Part shown: piece by piece, positions 51,261 to 62,427 of the stretch
Layout of the letters: every line of letters starts with the position of its first letter
Numbering within the stretch: position 1 is the first letter of the stretch
Assembly: GCF_022045235.1 (NCBI RefSeq)
Contig: NW_027266267.1
Coordinates: forward strand, 35,216,001-35,280,000
DNA from: Haliotis cracherodii
Taxonomy: Eukaryota
Direction: 5' to 3'
Length of the DNA: 64,000 nt
Notes under the pieces: model-generated
Seen by the model: the letters and a program-made list of their open reading frames with translations, nothing else
The model's database searches: none
Told to the model about the DNA's origin: nothing
Program-made: the position numbers and the translations under genes

Positions 51261-54200
51261 GATCACTTTTCCCTTTCGAAAACAAAACATCCCAATCAAA
51301 AACAACCTAAATTATTTATGGTGAAACATTATCAAATAAATTACTTCATATCATAGCTCCATAATAGTCTCTTCATACAGACGGACGCCTCCAACTTCAT
51401 CTGCGTGTACAGCATGGTTCCTCTTCATATGACGCTTATGTTGTCTTAGAATATTGAACACTTACACTCAATGGGTATATACATGGTCTCATACTAATAT
51501 AAACTCATACATGTGCCAATTTCACGAAGCGAATTTGTTTTCTTTTCAAGATGAAGCCATATACATCTCGGTCGGGGCGGTAGTTTGCGTCGTGCTCTTT
51601 ATTATAATCGTTATCTGTGTATGTGTTGTGAGGAAGAGAAGAATGGGAGTAGTAACAGAAGGTAAACTACGTCTTTTATGACGGTTGGAACATATAGCAG
51701 TTATTTGCCATCATATTCTAATTTGAACTTGATCATTCATGTCAACGTTAAGCAGTACAAATATAATGATTAAATGTCAGTTTCATAAACGTAATAATCG
51801 ACAGCTCTTTATTTCAGCTTTTAATAAAAAAAAGTATTTGAATATACATCCACAACCATCAACCAAAGCATTAAAAATAGAAATATTATAAATAATGCAG
51901 TGAACAAATTGAAATGATCGTCATGTATGTTCACAGCTCACAGCGATGCAGACAATGGTGCAGAGCTAACAGCAGCCCCAACCAATGCTACGTGAGTAAA
52001 ATGTTAATTACTTCCATATTCCCGTATGAGTCGCCAAAGATATATCGATTATCTCATATCGTTCAATAACGATCAAATAGCCAATTCGCTTCCACTTATT
52101 TACCCACCTAACCCGAAATAAAGGAGATTTATTTAGATCTATGCAGAAAGTTTCAGAGTGACAAAACACTTTCCACAACTTTCTAATAGTCCACTGTTCT
52201 TTTATGTAGAGCAATATTCCTACAGCTCCAGCTCTTGGTGTCTATATTGCACAACTTTTGAGGTACAATCGAGCATGCCCTTTCTGCCAAGAATTCAAGG
52301 AGCGTCATACACCTCTTGCTCAGAAGCTGTTTGATCAAGGTTACAACATTCAAAGAAACATTCAAGGCCAAAGTTTTCAAAACGTTTATGGTAGACATGT
52401 TGAGGACAAAACTGACGCAGCAGTGACAAAATTGATGTTCGATCCAATTCCCTATTTGGACTTGTACCATATGGTCCCGTGTTCTTTTCAGGTGATCAAT
52501 TGACTTGTCTTTGTGCGTGTTTATGACGGGTATCGCCGATGGGACTAGTAACACTCAACTTTTCACAAACACCTGGCCGTGGTCTTCTCACTATTTGATA
52601 GTGATTGATAAACACATAATCATGATACAGTCGGAATCGAACAATCGACTGTGCTTAAGGCGGAGGTTTCTTATGAATATGGAGTAGGAATTAATTGATT
52701 GTTATCACTATATAACTATCCACGGAGATGGTTGACCTTGTCGCCTTCAATTGAAATGTTTATATTTACAGAATTAAAATTCACATCGACGGACGCATCA
52801 ACAGCCCTGATCACAGGTAATTCACTTGAATCCTTAATAACTTCAAGACCGCCTCCGGGGTCTAATGGTAGAGCGTCCGCCCGGACAGCGGAAGGTCCGG
52901 GATTCGATCTCCGGGCGCGTCCTACCAAAATACGTTAAAAGATAGTACTTGTTGTTGCCCTGTCTGGCGCTCGGCATGAAGGGGCTAAAACAAGGACTGG
53001 TTGGCTCGCATTCAGTATACTGTTTCTGAGTGGGGTATTCATGTTAAACTGCGGCATGGTATCTCAGTGAGCTAGCACTATAAATCGGCATCAGTCCGGA
53101 CTAGTACAAGCAGCCACACAAACAGACACACGAACATGCACGTCGCTATAGAAGCGCAATAATCTTGGACGCGACGTTAAACCCCATTTCACCTCACCTC
53201 ACCTGAAAACTTCTAAATTTGTTTTTATAATGCAGCTGCTTGAAAAAAAGCGCACATTGTGTATCCTCAAGTGGTTGAACTCGACCTTTTATAAGTTCTA
53301 ACATATTTTCAAATTTGTATTGTATTAATAAGTATGATTGTTTGATTACATGTTGTTGAAGGACGATGGGCTATAAATAGACACACTTGTTCTTGATATT
53401 ACAGGCAACGCCCAACACCTATTCGGATACGATGACACAAGTCACCCATCAATAATATCCCCTTAAATGTGAACTTTCTTAACTTGTTTGTTTGTTGTTA
53501 AACGCCGCCCTCAGCAACATTCCAGCTATATGACGGCGGTCTGTAAAATAATCGAGCCTGGATCAGACAATCCAGTGATTGGCATCATGATCATCGATCC
53601 ACCCAATTGGGATCGATGACATGTATCAGCGAGCGTGACCACCCGATCCCGTTAGTCGCCTCTTACGACAAGCATAATCGCTTTTTACGGGAAGCAGGGG
53701 TTGCTGAAGATCTATTCTACCCCGGAATCGTCACGGGTCTTAAAAGTGAACAAAACCCATTGTTCATGTAAATGTTACGGACTTATTCCTGCCACTTTGC
53801 GAATGTGTAAAGATCACATTTTCGTATAGGTTTCTATGTAATTTTGGCTATTATTATTTGCAATTATTTATTCCAGAGTTGAAACATGCAATAACTTTAA
53901 AATGAATTATATTCCTTTTCAGAAACCAAGTTCAACCTGGTGACAAGAAAGAGCACTTAACTAGTAAGTCTTCACAGTTGTGGTGTTCTTCACTTCCTCA
54001 CACATATGACTATTGTATTTGAGTTGTGATTATAGATAAAGCGTTGCCTTCTCGATGAACCTTAATAATTTCAGAAAGAATATCTAGGGAAAATAATATG
54101 TTGTTACTTGTTGGAATATAAACACCATGATTCTATATTTAACTGCCGTATCAGACAAGACACCCGAACACCTGCCTGCTCTTGACAGTGCTGTCGACGT

Positions 54201-54528
54201 TGGCGATCTGTTTGCCGTACCAGACAAGACACCCGAACACCTGCCTGCTCTTGACGGTGCTGTCGACGATGGCGATCTGTTTGCCGTACCAGACAAGACA
54301 CCCGAACACCTGCCTGCTCTTGACGGTGCTGTCGACGTTGGCGATCTGTTTGCCGTACCAGACAAGATACCCGAAAACCTGCCTGCTCTTGACAGTGCTG
54401 TCGACGTTGGCGATCTGTTTGCCGTACCAGACAAGACACCCAAACACCTGCCTGCTCTTGACGGTGCTGTCGACGTTGGCGATCTGTTTGCCGTAAACAG
54501 AACCTTACCGTCGTCTCATTTTATATGA
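42006..54528 (+). CDS. Gene E: single-Ig type-I receptor with a tyrosine-free A-type tail (candidate decoy)
   Basis: Exons 42006-42072, 42337-42696, 45803-45907, 49866-49946, 50250-50360, 51551-51661, 51937-51991, possible 52772-52816, 53923-53963 and 54155-54528. GT-AG, phase compatible, open. Confidence 0.75.
42337..42696 (+). CDS. Gene E Ig domain exon
   Basis: 360 nt, phase 1-1, close paralog of the D Ig exon. Confidence 0.85.
43400..44300. repeat. Degenerate ~30-bp minisatellite (inverted homolog of 36985-37700)
   Basis: gatgctgggg(g)atat..gtagtgatc motif. Confidence 0.75.
44632..44918 (-). mobile_element. SINE family 4
   Basis: Homologous to 23225-23494; TSD tattttga. Confidence 0.85.
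45803..45907 (+). CDS. Gene E stalk exon (D-type, single copy)
   Basis: DFPETSRTDQTLPSRPSTVQQLPLKSTQILEGSTQG; 105 nt. Confidence 0.75.
46665..46910. repeat. 29-bp minisatellite, ~8 copies
   Basis: Unit tgaaggtgatcctggaaatgtgtcggttg. Confidence 0.9.
49230..49683. repeat. 31-bp minisatellite with alternating 62-bp higher-order structure
   Basis: aatagttgacttcagtgaaaggttaaatatt alternating with aatagtcgactttagtgaaaggttagatatt. Confidence 0.9.
49866..49946 (+). CDS. Gene E stalk exon (ISEATEESTTPLTDSATTITTDSDTHG)
   Basis: 81 nt; an alternative in-phase donor follows 49961. Confidence 0.7.
50250..50360 (+). CDS. Gene E stalk exon (A-type)
   Basis: FPGTGYKTSSQLIDSTTTLAKLTSIKITTAPEIDNKG; 111 nt. 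Confidence 0.75.
50533..50808 (+). mobile_element. SINE-like family 2, full length
   Basis: (ACCA)n tail; flanking atatcacag duplication. Confidence 0.85.
51202..51256. repeat. (TA)n microsatellite
   Basis: Directly visible. A shorter homologous tract lies in the gene A intron at ~5367-5384. Confidence 0.95.
51551..51661 (+). CDS. Gene E transmembrane exon
   Basis: DEAIYISVGAVVCVVLFIIIVICVCVVRKRRMGVVTEG; 111 nt. Confidence 0.85.
51937..51991 (+). CDS. Gene E juxtamembrane exon lacking NPxY (AHSDADNGAELTAAPTNAT)
   Basis: 55 nt with the same splice sites as A 4511-4565. Confidence 0.8.
52100..52430 (+). mobile_element. Penelope-like retroelement RT C-terminal fragment
   Basis: SNIPTAPALGVYIAQLLRYNRAC...FKERH...QKLFDQGY...YGRH, typical of this region in Penelope-like elements. 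Confidence 0.7.
52847..53205 (+). mobile_element. SINE family 3 (tRNA head + V-domain-like core), best-preserved copy
   Basis: A/B boxes; core accaaaatacgttaaaagatagtacttgttgttgccctgtctggcgctcggcat; (CACCT)n tail. Confidence 0.85.
53484..53740 (-). mobile_element. SINE-like family 2
   Basis: Homology to 50533-50808. Confidence 0.85.
53923..53963 (+). CDS. Gene E cytoplasmic microexon (NQVQPGDKKEHLT)
   Basis: 41 nt, homolog of 3661-3701. Confidence 0.75.
54155..54528 (+). CDS. Gene E terminal repeat exon: 5 x 69-bp units with FAV(P) instead of YAVP
   Basis: TPEHLPALDGAVDVGDLFAVPDK repeats. The upstream intron is homologous to that of gene A. Confidence 0.8.
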
Positions 54529-54599
54529 AAAATATCAACTCTTATTGATACAGTTTTATATTTTCGGGAACTTATTAAAATTCTATCAACATGTATTGA

Positions 54600-54870
54600 T
54601 ACATGTTACATGAAGAGAGACGAGGGTAACACAATTAAATCCCAACGTTTTTAGTCTGCAACCTGTACAAGCAAAATCAATTCCCATCGGAGAACATGAC
54701 GTACCATCAGTCTCTTGCCAACGTCGAACTCGAACTTTAATTAAGCGGTTTCGGAGATGAAAGGGCCGGATTGGGTGGTCTTCAACGCGCGTGGTCACCC
54801 GTAGTCTCCCGCTTCTATGCCTGTCTGATGTCTGTCCTGTCTGTTGCAAACGTTGCATCAACCTAGTAAT
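54600..54870 (-). mobile_element. Tc1 fragment, same family as 363-1580
   Basis: MQRLQQTGQTSDRHRSGRLRVTT...HLRNRLI. Confidence 0.75.
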
Positions 54871-56647
54871 GATGAAACGGGTGCCTTGAAACGTGCCTTT
54901 TAATTATCAAAATAGTGGAAAACTTGTTAGTTGGTATTATTTTGTACATTAGTTTATGTAACATTTTAAATTCATATTTGTGCGCTTATCTCTTTCACAT
55001 TCTTTAAACTTTAATATTGTTACAGGGACATTTCTCTATTACGCTATTGGTCGTATTGGTTGTCATGTTTTTTACATTTATACTGATTTCATTGCAACAC
55101 ATATTTAGTTTAGATGTTTCCACCCCGTGCGTATTGCAGTTTGAATAACGACATTGTACATATTTGACTACGTTATGTGTCGTTGTCTTCAATCGTATTA
55201 CGAATGTCAAAAAAGGGCAAAAGCGCGACCAGTTAAAATATATGTCAAAACCGAATATAAATATACCAGGAAAATCGTCACAGAATATTTCAACATATTT
55301 TAATTGGGCAGTTGATTCACGTATTGCAAGCAAATACTACAACAGGGATGTGATAGTGTTTCAATGCGGTTTTCCTCTGTGTCTCGGGGAAGACAAACCA
55401 ACATCATTATATTCGTGTATTGTGTAACATTGTATCCTTTACCAGCAACGTATTTTGCTATTAAGGCTTCGTCGCACAAAATACCTCAAGGAAGGATGAT
55501 CACGATTGTCACTCCTACAGGAATATTCAGTTCAAGCGAATATAAGCCAGACATAACGGGGTTGAATATAAAAAAATGTCGGTTATTATGAAAGTTAACA
55601 TATTTGATCTTCATTGGATCATGTTCACGTAGTCTCCTGTATATTAGGTGCTTTGGTCATATACATAGCATGGGAATTATTTTTGTAGTTTTTTTACATC
55701 AGGGTTCTATCTGATGATGTTTATGCAAACCGTTAAAAATGTTGTTTTTATTGCTGCATAGTCCCCTGTGTCATGTTATATGTGAAGAAATTACACTTTT
55801 TTGATTTTCAATGTACAATGTATTTTTCTATTATTCAATCATTTACATTTTCACATATATTTTAGTCGCACAGACGTTTTTATGTTGTCCTACATGTTGT
55901 TCAAGTTTAAGTGTTTTGTTTTAACATGTGGCTTTTACTTCCTTATCTGCTTTCAGCAACAAATAAATATGCCTCAACTAAAAAACTGTGTTCTTTTCAC
56001 TCTCAAACCTAATGTTCAATGCTTGTAAGAACAGTCTAAACTTCACATGCGAAACTTCCAACTTTCCACCATTGTTGATGAGACACTCCACAAAGTAACT
56101 GAACCCCCAAACAGGTTCCTAATCGAAGAAAGCAGGCAAAGCAGATCCTTGTGATAGTTACTTAATTTATAAAGCGTGCTATTCATCAGAGCTATATGAA
56201 ATGTGTGATTTGCCAAACTGTTCTAAACACTTACGAATTTTACATTATGAATACTAGTATGTCAATAATCTGTCGCCAAAACAAAAACAAATGGAACAAA
56301 CGTTGTATGTTGTGTATGTGAGTGGGCGGACAAAGGAAACAGTCAAGCATGGGTTGTTGAAGACCTACCCTACCCCAGATCTTCACGGATCTTTCCTTTA
56401 GTGGGTATTTGAGATGTGCATTTTCATTCGGAATAATAACTGGACATGCTTCATGTTACGCCAAATTGTTGCTTAACGTCGCAGGCAGGACTGTTCCAAG
56501 CACAATAAGAAATAAACAAAACATACACGATAAACTGATTGTTAATTTTAAGAAATTTGAATTCAATTCATAAAGTATCATTGTCAGAAAATTCCATACA
56601 AAAATTGAGATCAGAGATCGGTATTTTAAGAACTGAATTAATTATTT

Positions 56648-57152
56648 CTTTTTGTTTGTTGTTTATCGCCCCACTGAACAATATTCCAGCTGTATGGCGG
56701 CGACCTGTAAATATACTAATTTGATCCAGACAATCATGTGACTGACAATATGAGCTTTGGTTGGTTTGTTTGTTGTTTTACGTCGGCGTCTATAAATAAT
56801 CGAGTCTGGCCCAGACAACCCAGTGATAAATAGCATGAAAATCGATCCATGCAATTGGGATCGATGACATGCATCAACCAAGACAGCGAGCTTGACCGTT
56901 TAGTCGCCTCTACGACAAGCATAGTCACATTTTACGGCAAGCGTGGGTTGCTGAAGACCTACTCTACCCCGGGATCTTCACGGGACTATTATATGAGCCT
57001 AATAGATTCACGCAAATGGATTACGATGACATGAATCAACCAAGTCAGCGAGCCTGACCACCCGATGCCGTTAGTCGTCTCTTACAACAAGCTTAGTCGC
57101 CTTTTGCGGCAATCATGGGTTGCTGAAAATTCTACTCCGTATCTTCACAGGT
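56648..57152 (-). mobile_element. Cluster of family 2 SINE-like copies
   Basis: Two to three nested or partial copies; another at 57640-57858 (+). Confidence 0.75.
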
Positions 57153-59639
57153 CGAAATCTTTCTGAGGATTCTTGACAGGGTGAAGAATTAATTGTATTT
57201 ACTTTAGTGTGTTTGCAGAGCAGGAAATGTTTAACTCAGCAATATTCCAACCATATAGCGGCGATCTGTTATTAATCGAATCTGGACAAGACAATCCAAT
57301 GATTGAAATAATGATCAGCGATCCACGCCGTTGGAGTGAGTTGCATTCAAACAAGTCACGCAATCCATATATTCGCCTCTAATGACCAGTATTGGTTGTT
57401 TGGGACCAATTCTAACCTTTTGTGGAAAGAGCGTGCGCCCAGAGAGCAGATGCACGTCTATGTGAGTGCAATGATCCTGAGTGCAACGTTAAATCCCGTC
57501 TTAGATCACCTCACATCCTACCTGGAATCGGAGGTACCACTATTCATTTGTTTTACTTCACGGACAGTGTGCAATGTTGACATTTCAACATGGTATGGCA
57601 TACATTCATTGCACTCTCCTTCACTCATAGACGCCCCTCTACCCGTGAAGATCCGAGTTATAACCGGCTTTCGGCAACCAATGCTTGCCGTAATCGGGTG
57701 GTCGGGCTCGCGAACTTTGTTGCTGCATGTCATTGCCACAAATGCGTGGATCGATGCTCGTGATATCCTTCACTGGATTGGTCCAGACTCGATTATTTAC
57801 AGACTTCCGTCATATACCCGGAATATTAATGAGTGCGGCCTTAAACGACAAACAAACACTTGCCTCATACGCTACTGCAGAAGACAAAATGAGAACAAAA
57901 CCCAGAAGGTGCCTCTTTGTTGTGGATATTTTAGACTGAAACATGAAATTAATACAGACTACTAAACGGAAATAACGGTGTGGAGATGTATGAAGAAATG
58001 AGAAATCTGACAACAGTAAAAAGGATAAGAAAGTAACTGGCCTTTCTTACCGTAGAAGAACCAGTACTTGAATGTTGTTCAGTGTCCAACCGCCGTCTGT
58101 AACAAGTCGTTTTACTCATCGGCATTTATATCTAATGTGTAACACACGTCAGTTGTACAAACATCCAATCACACTCGATGAGAGGACGGACACGTGGCAT
58201 GCATATGGCACATACCCGCAGTCACAATCATTCAGAAGTGGAACAAATGATTGTCAGTCACAATCATTCAGAAGTGGAACCATTGATTGTTTAGACAGTT
58301 TTGTTGTTTGGCAGTCCCCTGAGCAGTGACCATAATTAGTTCTACACATTGTTCTCATTTTGTATGCAATTCCTGCATACTATAGTTATCTGTGATGAGA
58401 ATATCGTAATAGGTTACTGGTAATCGTTTTCATTGCCACAAAATAAATATCTCGCGTGTCTTTTACATGACATTGAAATATCATCCATGGCAAGGAAGAA
58501 ACAAAGGAGATGCTAATATAACTTGACGGTCGCAAGTAAACATGTACGTTTACCGCATAAGACGTTAAAAGATGGTACTAGCTTTTCACAGCACTTAGTG
58601 GATAAAACAAGGACTGATCAGTTAATGTACCTGAGTTTCAAACCCGGATATAAATTCCAGTTAAAAGGTTTGACTCATCTGCCATTTACACAATTATCCC
58701 TCATGATAAACGATACTCCACAGGGATTTTGTTACCAAGAAAGAAGTTTAATTGTAACACATTTTGTTTATGGATGTGGAAAATCTGTCAAAACTGAAAG
58801 TAACTCTTCACAGAAATATTCAGATACGCCCACATTATGTGAGTTGATGTACGTCCATTGCTTCGGTGTTGACATTAAATGATATTTACATATATCAATA
58901 ATTTAGGATTGTTTTTGTGTTGAAAAACTATAACTGAGCTCCTAAACATTAAGAACACAATTGCTGATCTCAAAGAAAAATCCCGCCAGACAATTTCTAT
59001 TTTTCAATAGTCTGAAGTATAATTAAGTTTTTCAAGAATTTTCGGGGAAATAGACATTTGGCTTTCTCGTACAGACAAACATTTCAAGATAATCAGCTGT
59101 TTCTGTCAAGCTAGAATATTCAGCTGAGTTCGACCAATATTAACTATATTATTCATTTTAAAACTTCAAATGACAAAATCGTGGGTTGGTTGGCAGACTG
59201 AAATACAGGGGATATCGTGACGCAAATACGATCGATTTGGGTCTAAATATGGTCATAAACTTTCACAAATCAATGGGTTCAGGTGTCACTAAGATGGCTG
59301 CTATTTGTTTTAAATATAACGTATTCTACACACATGCACTTTCGTTAAGTTCATCAATCAGACATATTGGCATTATTTATACTGTTCATACATGTATATG
59401 TCATGAAACATTCTTCGGAATGCAGATAATATATTAATGATCTCGAAACTTAAGTAAATTTATAGTAAGTACATTTATTATTGTACCATTGTATTGATTA
59501 GATAGTTCAGTTTATTCAGTATTTTAGGCATCAAGGCCCATAGTACAATGCAGATTGGATATTAAAGTTGTCCCGTGATGCACATGATTAGATTTTTAAT
59601 CAAGTTACACATTCCTCGTTATAAAGTTATCCATACATA

Positions 59640-61163
59640 TGAAAAGCCACTAACAAATAATAGATTTATCCGTTCTGAAACCCAATTATTTTCACCATTA
59701 TCATAACGTACTTTTAATATTTTGGAATACTAATATGAGTATCTATCAGGCATCAGGCAAGACATATTTATTTTCCTATTAGCATAGTCAATAAACACAC
59801 AATAAAAGCGACCTCTGGTTTTGCACAAATATTCCAAACTAAGAGCTTGTAAAAGAAACAAATTATCAACAGTAGAGTAGTGTGGCCGGAGCCCTGCTTG
59901 AGACTCGGGCAGTAAATCATTTACTTCCATACATATTTTCAAACGTTTTTCTATGATTGACGTGACGGTGTTTCCCATAATGTTTATTAGTGACAACAAC
60001 TTAAAGTATGGATAAAAAGATATCCACTGGTAGTTTAAAGAATTCAGGGGGTATCCCATCTTCACCTGCGGACTTGCCCGTACTCAGATTGTTGATAGCG
60101 TCCGTGACCTCTCTTTCAGTGATCTTATCTGACAGGAGTTCATCCGAAAAGGGTAAATCATTACAGTTATCACGTGTATGAGAGAGCAGAAACTCCTCCA
60201 CAACACAATCAAACTCATTATTATCAGTTCCCTGTAAGGGATTGTGAAGATCTCTAAAGTAAATCAGCCAATCACTTTGAGATATATTACTTCTCAGTGG
60301 ACATCTCTGTATGGCCTATTTCACTGTCAACCAAACTGTTTACAATAACTGTGTTTAGCAGCGGTATTGACTTCTTCATTTAGATGTACGTCGTAGTTAA
60401 GTTTCTTTTTGCACGTTACAACATTTCGTAAACCCACATTTGGCTGATATATATTGCTTTAAGTTAGAATCACACTTACAACTGCTAAATTTATTCAAAA
60501 TTCTGTATTTATCGGACTTCAAAAACTCGCACTCTTTAATAAAACCACGGAGGCTGATATCTTTGTCTACCTGAAGTTCCAAAAGAAACAGCATCCGCTG
60601 TCTTTGTACACTACAGTATGATATCGAACTCAGGCCTTTGGCGTGACAGGCAATCGCTGTAACCACAAGGCTACCGCACCGCTCACTTTATTAACATAAA
60701 GTATTGGGGACAATTGCAAGTGATATGTAGATTCTCGAAAACTCAAATATTTTGCTTGACTTGTTTTTGACAGTATTTAGGACAAGTGGGTTTAATATCA
60801 TGTGAATTCTCAAAAGTAAAAGGTTCGTTAGGACTCCTGGAGACACGTCCACGTTTTGATGGCCGATATCAACATTTATATTTCGTGATCCCATACTTTC
60901 AATGGAGAATATATTTCACATTTGGTTTGATTCTTTTCTCCACAGCTGTCTTAGTTATAAACAGAAACAATTAGAAATAGTATATTTTCTCACATTTACT
61001 CCTAAAGCACAATGAAACTATAGACCAAATCTCTGAGAATTGGATCGAGGGGTTTGTCCCCTTGAGTCGTGGGCGGTAGATGAGCACATAGGCAGAGTTG
61101 ACCTCACAAGTATGTATTGTCTTGCATCATTGATTGGATCAAACTTTCTAAACAGTGAATACA
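59640..61163 (-). mobile_element. Degenerate non-LTR retrotransposon (LINE) ORF2, continuing beyond the mariner at ~62430-62700
   Basis: ITEREVTDAINNLSTGKSAGEDGIPPEFFK and ESQAGLRPHYSTVDNLF...FYCVFIDY (RT N-terminal motifs). Confidence 0.85.
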
Positions 61164-61165
61164 TA

Positions 61166-62427
61166 CGAGGGGCGTTCAATATGTTTTGCAACTTCAATAT
61201 AAGAAGTCGCAGAATATCTTTTGCACTTTTATTTTTCAATATAATCCTAATTCACCTTAATACACGTATTCCATTTGTCCTTTACGCTTTTAGTACCACT
61301 TTTAAAGAAATCTGCAGACTGGCCCTATAACCACGCCTCTATGGCAGCCTTTTTGTCCTCCTCATCCTGAAAGCGTCTTTACGTAGGGTAGATGGCATTT
61401 GCCGGAACAGGAAATAGTCACTGGGGGCTAAGTCTGGGCTGTAGGGTGGGTGATTTAACAGTTCGAATCCACATTCACATATGGCGGCCTGTGCAATTCT
61501 CGACTTGTGAACCGTTGCGTTGTCATGCAAAAGTAGAATACCACGTGTTCACATCCCACGGCGTTTCTGGCGAATACCATTTTCGCAATTCTTTCATTAC
61601 ATAAGTATGATACTGTCCATTGATTGTAGTTATTGGTGGCATGTAATCAATCAGTAATATGTCTCTTGCATCCCAAAATATGGTGACCATTACCTTGCAG
61701 CCGATGGTTGAGTGTGAAACTTCCTCGGAGGCGGAAAATTGGCTTGCTTCCATTGTATGGATTCCAATTAATTTTCTGGGTCCCAGTGGTGGATCCATGT
61801 TTCTTCACCTGTCACAAGACGAGAAAGCAATCTGGCTTCATCATCAGAATAGAGATCGAGGAGGTCTCGACAACTTTCAGTTCTCTGATGGGGATCTTGA
61901 GCTCTGAGGTTTCTAGATACCCATATTGTAGATACCTTGGACACACAAAGATGCTCATGAAAAATGGTTCCAACGGTTCCAACTGATATTTGGAATTCCC
62001 GAGAAAGTTCAGATACTTTCACTCGTCGGTCAGACAAAATTCTTCTTTCTATAGCAGCAATGGTTTCCGGTTGGGTGGCATCTAAAGGCCTGCCTGACCT
62101 TGGGTCATCGTCTATGGACCCCCTACCCCCCTTTTATACTGTAGAGACCAACGGCAAACTGTGGAATAGTCAGGAGCATCCTTACCCATCACTTTACACT
62201 TTTGCTTTGCATGTCTCCTTGGTGAGGGACTTTATTATAGCACGATGTTCATGTTTGAGAGAATCCATGATTGTGACCACCCTTAGGTGATTGAAGCCAT
62301 CACATCTAACGTATTGCTGTGTCTTGACCTTGTTATGACACGTGTCAACCTGCCACACCGACCAAAAGTTGACATTGTTTGTGTAAACACAAATGCCCAA
62401 GTTGCAAAACTTATTGAACGCCTCTCG
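61166..62427 (-). mobile_element. Full-length non-autonomous mariner (D,D34D-type) element
   Basis: 29-bp TIRs (61166-61194 and 62399-62427) flanked by TA. Transposase motifs WV(S)R.L, VTGEETW, HDNA and HPPYSPDLAPSDY, with frameshifts. Confidence 0.93.

Noticed and set aside
57336-57965. 209-aa ORF
   Set aside because: Runs through SINE-derived sequence and shows no domain signal.
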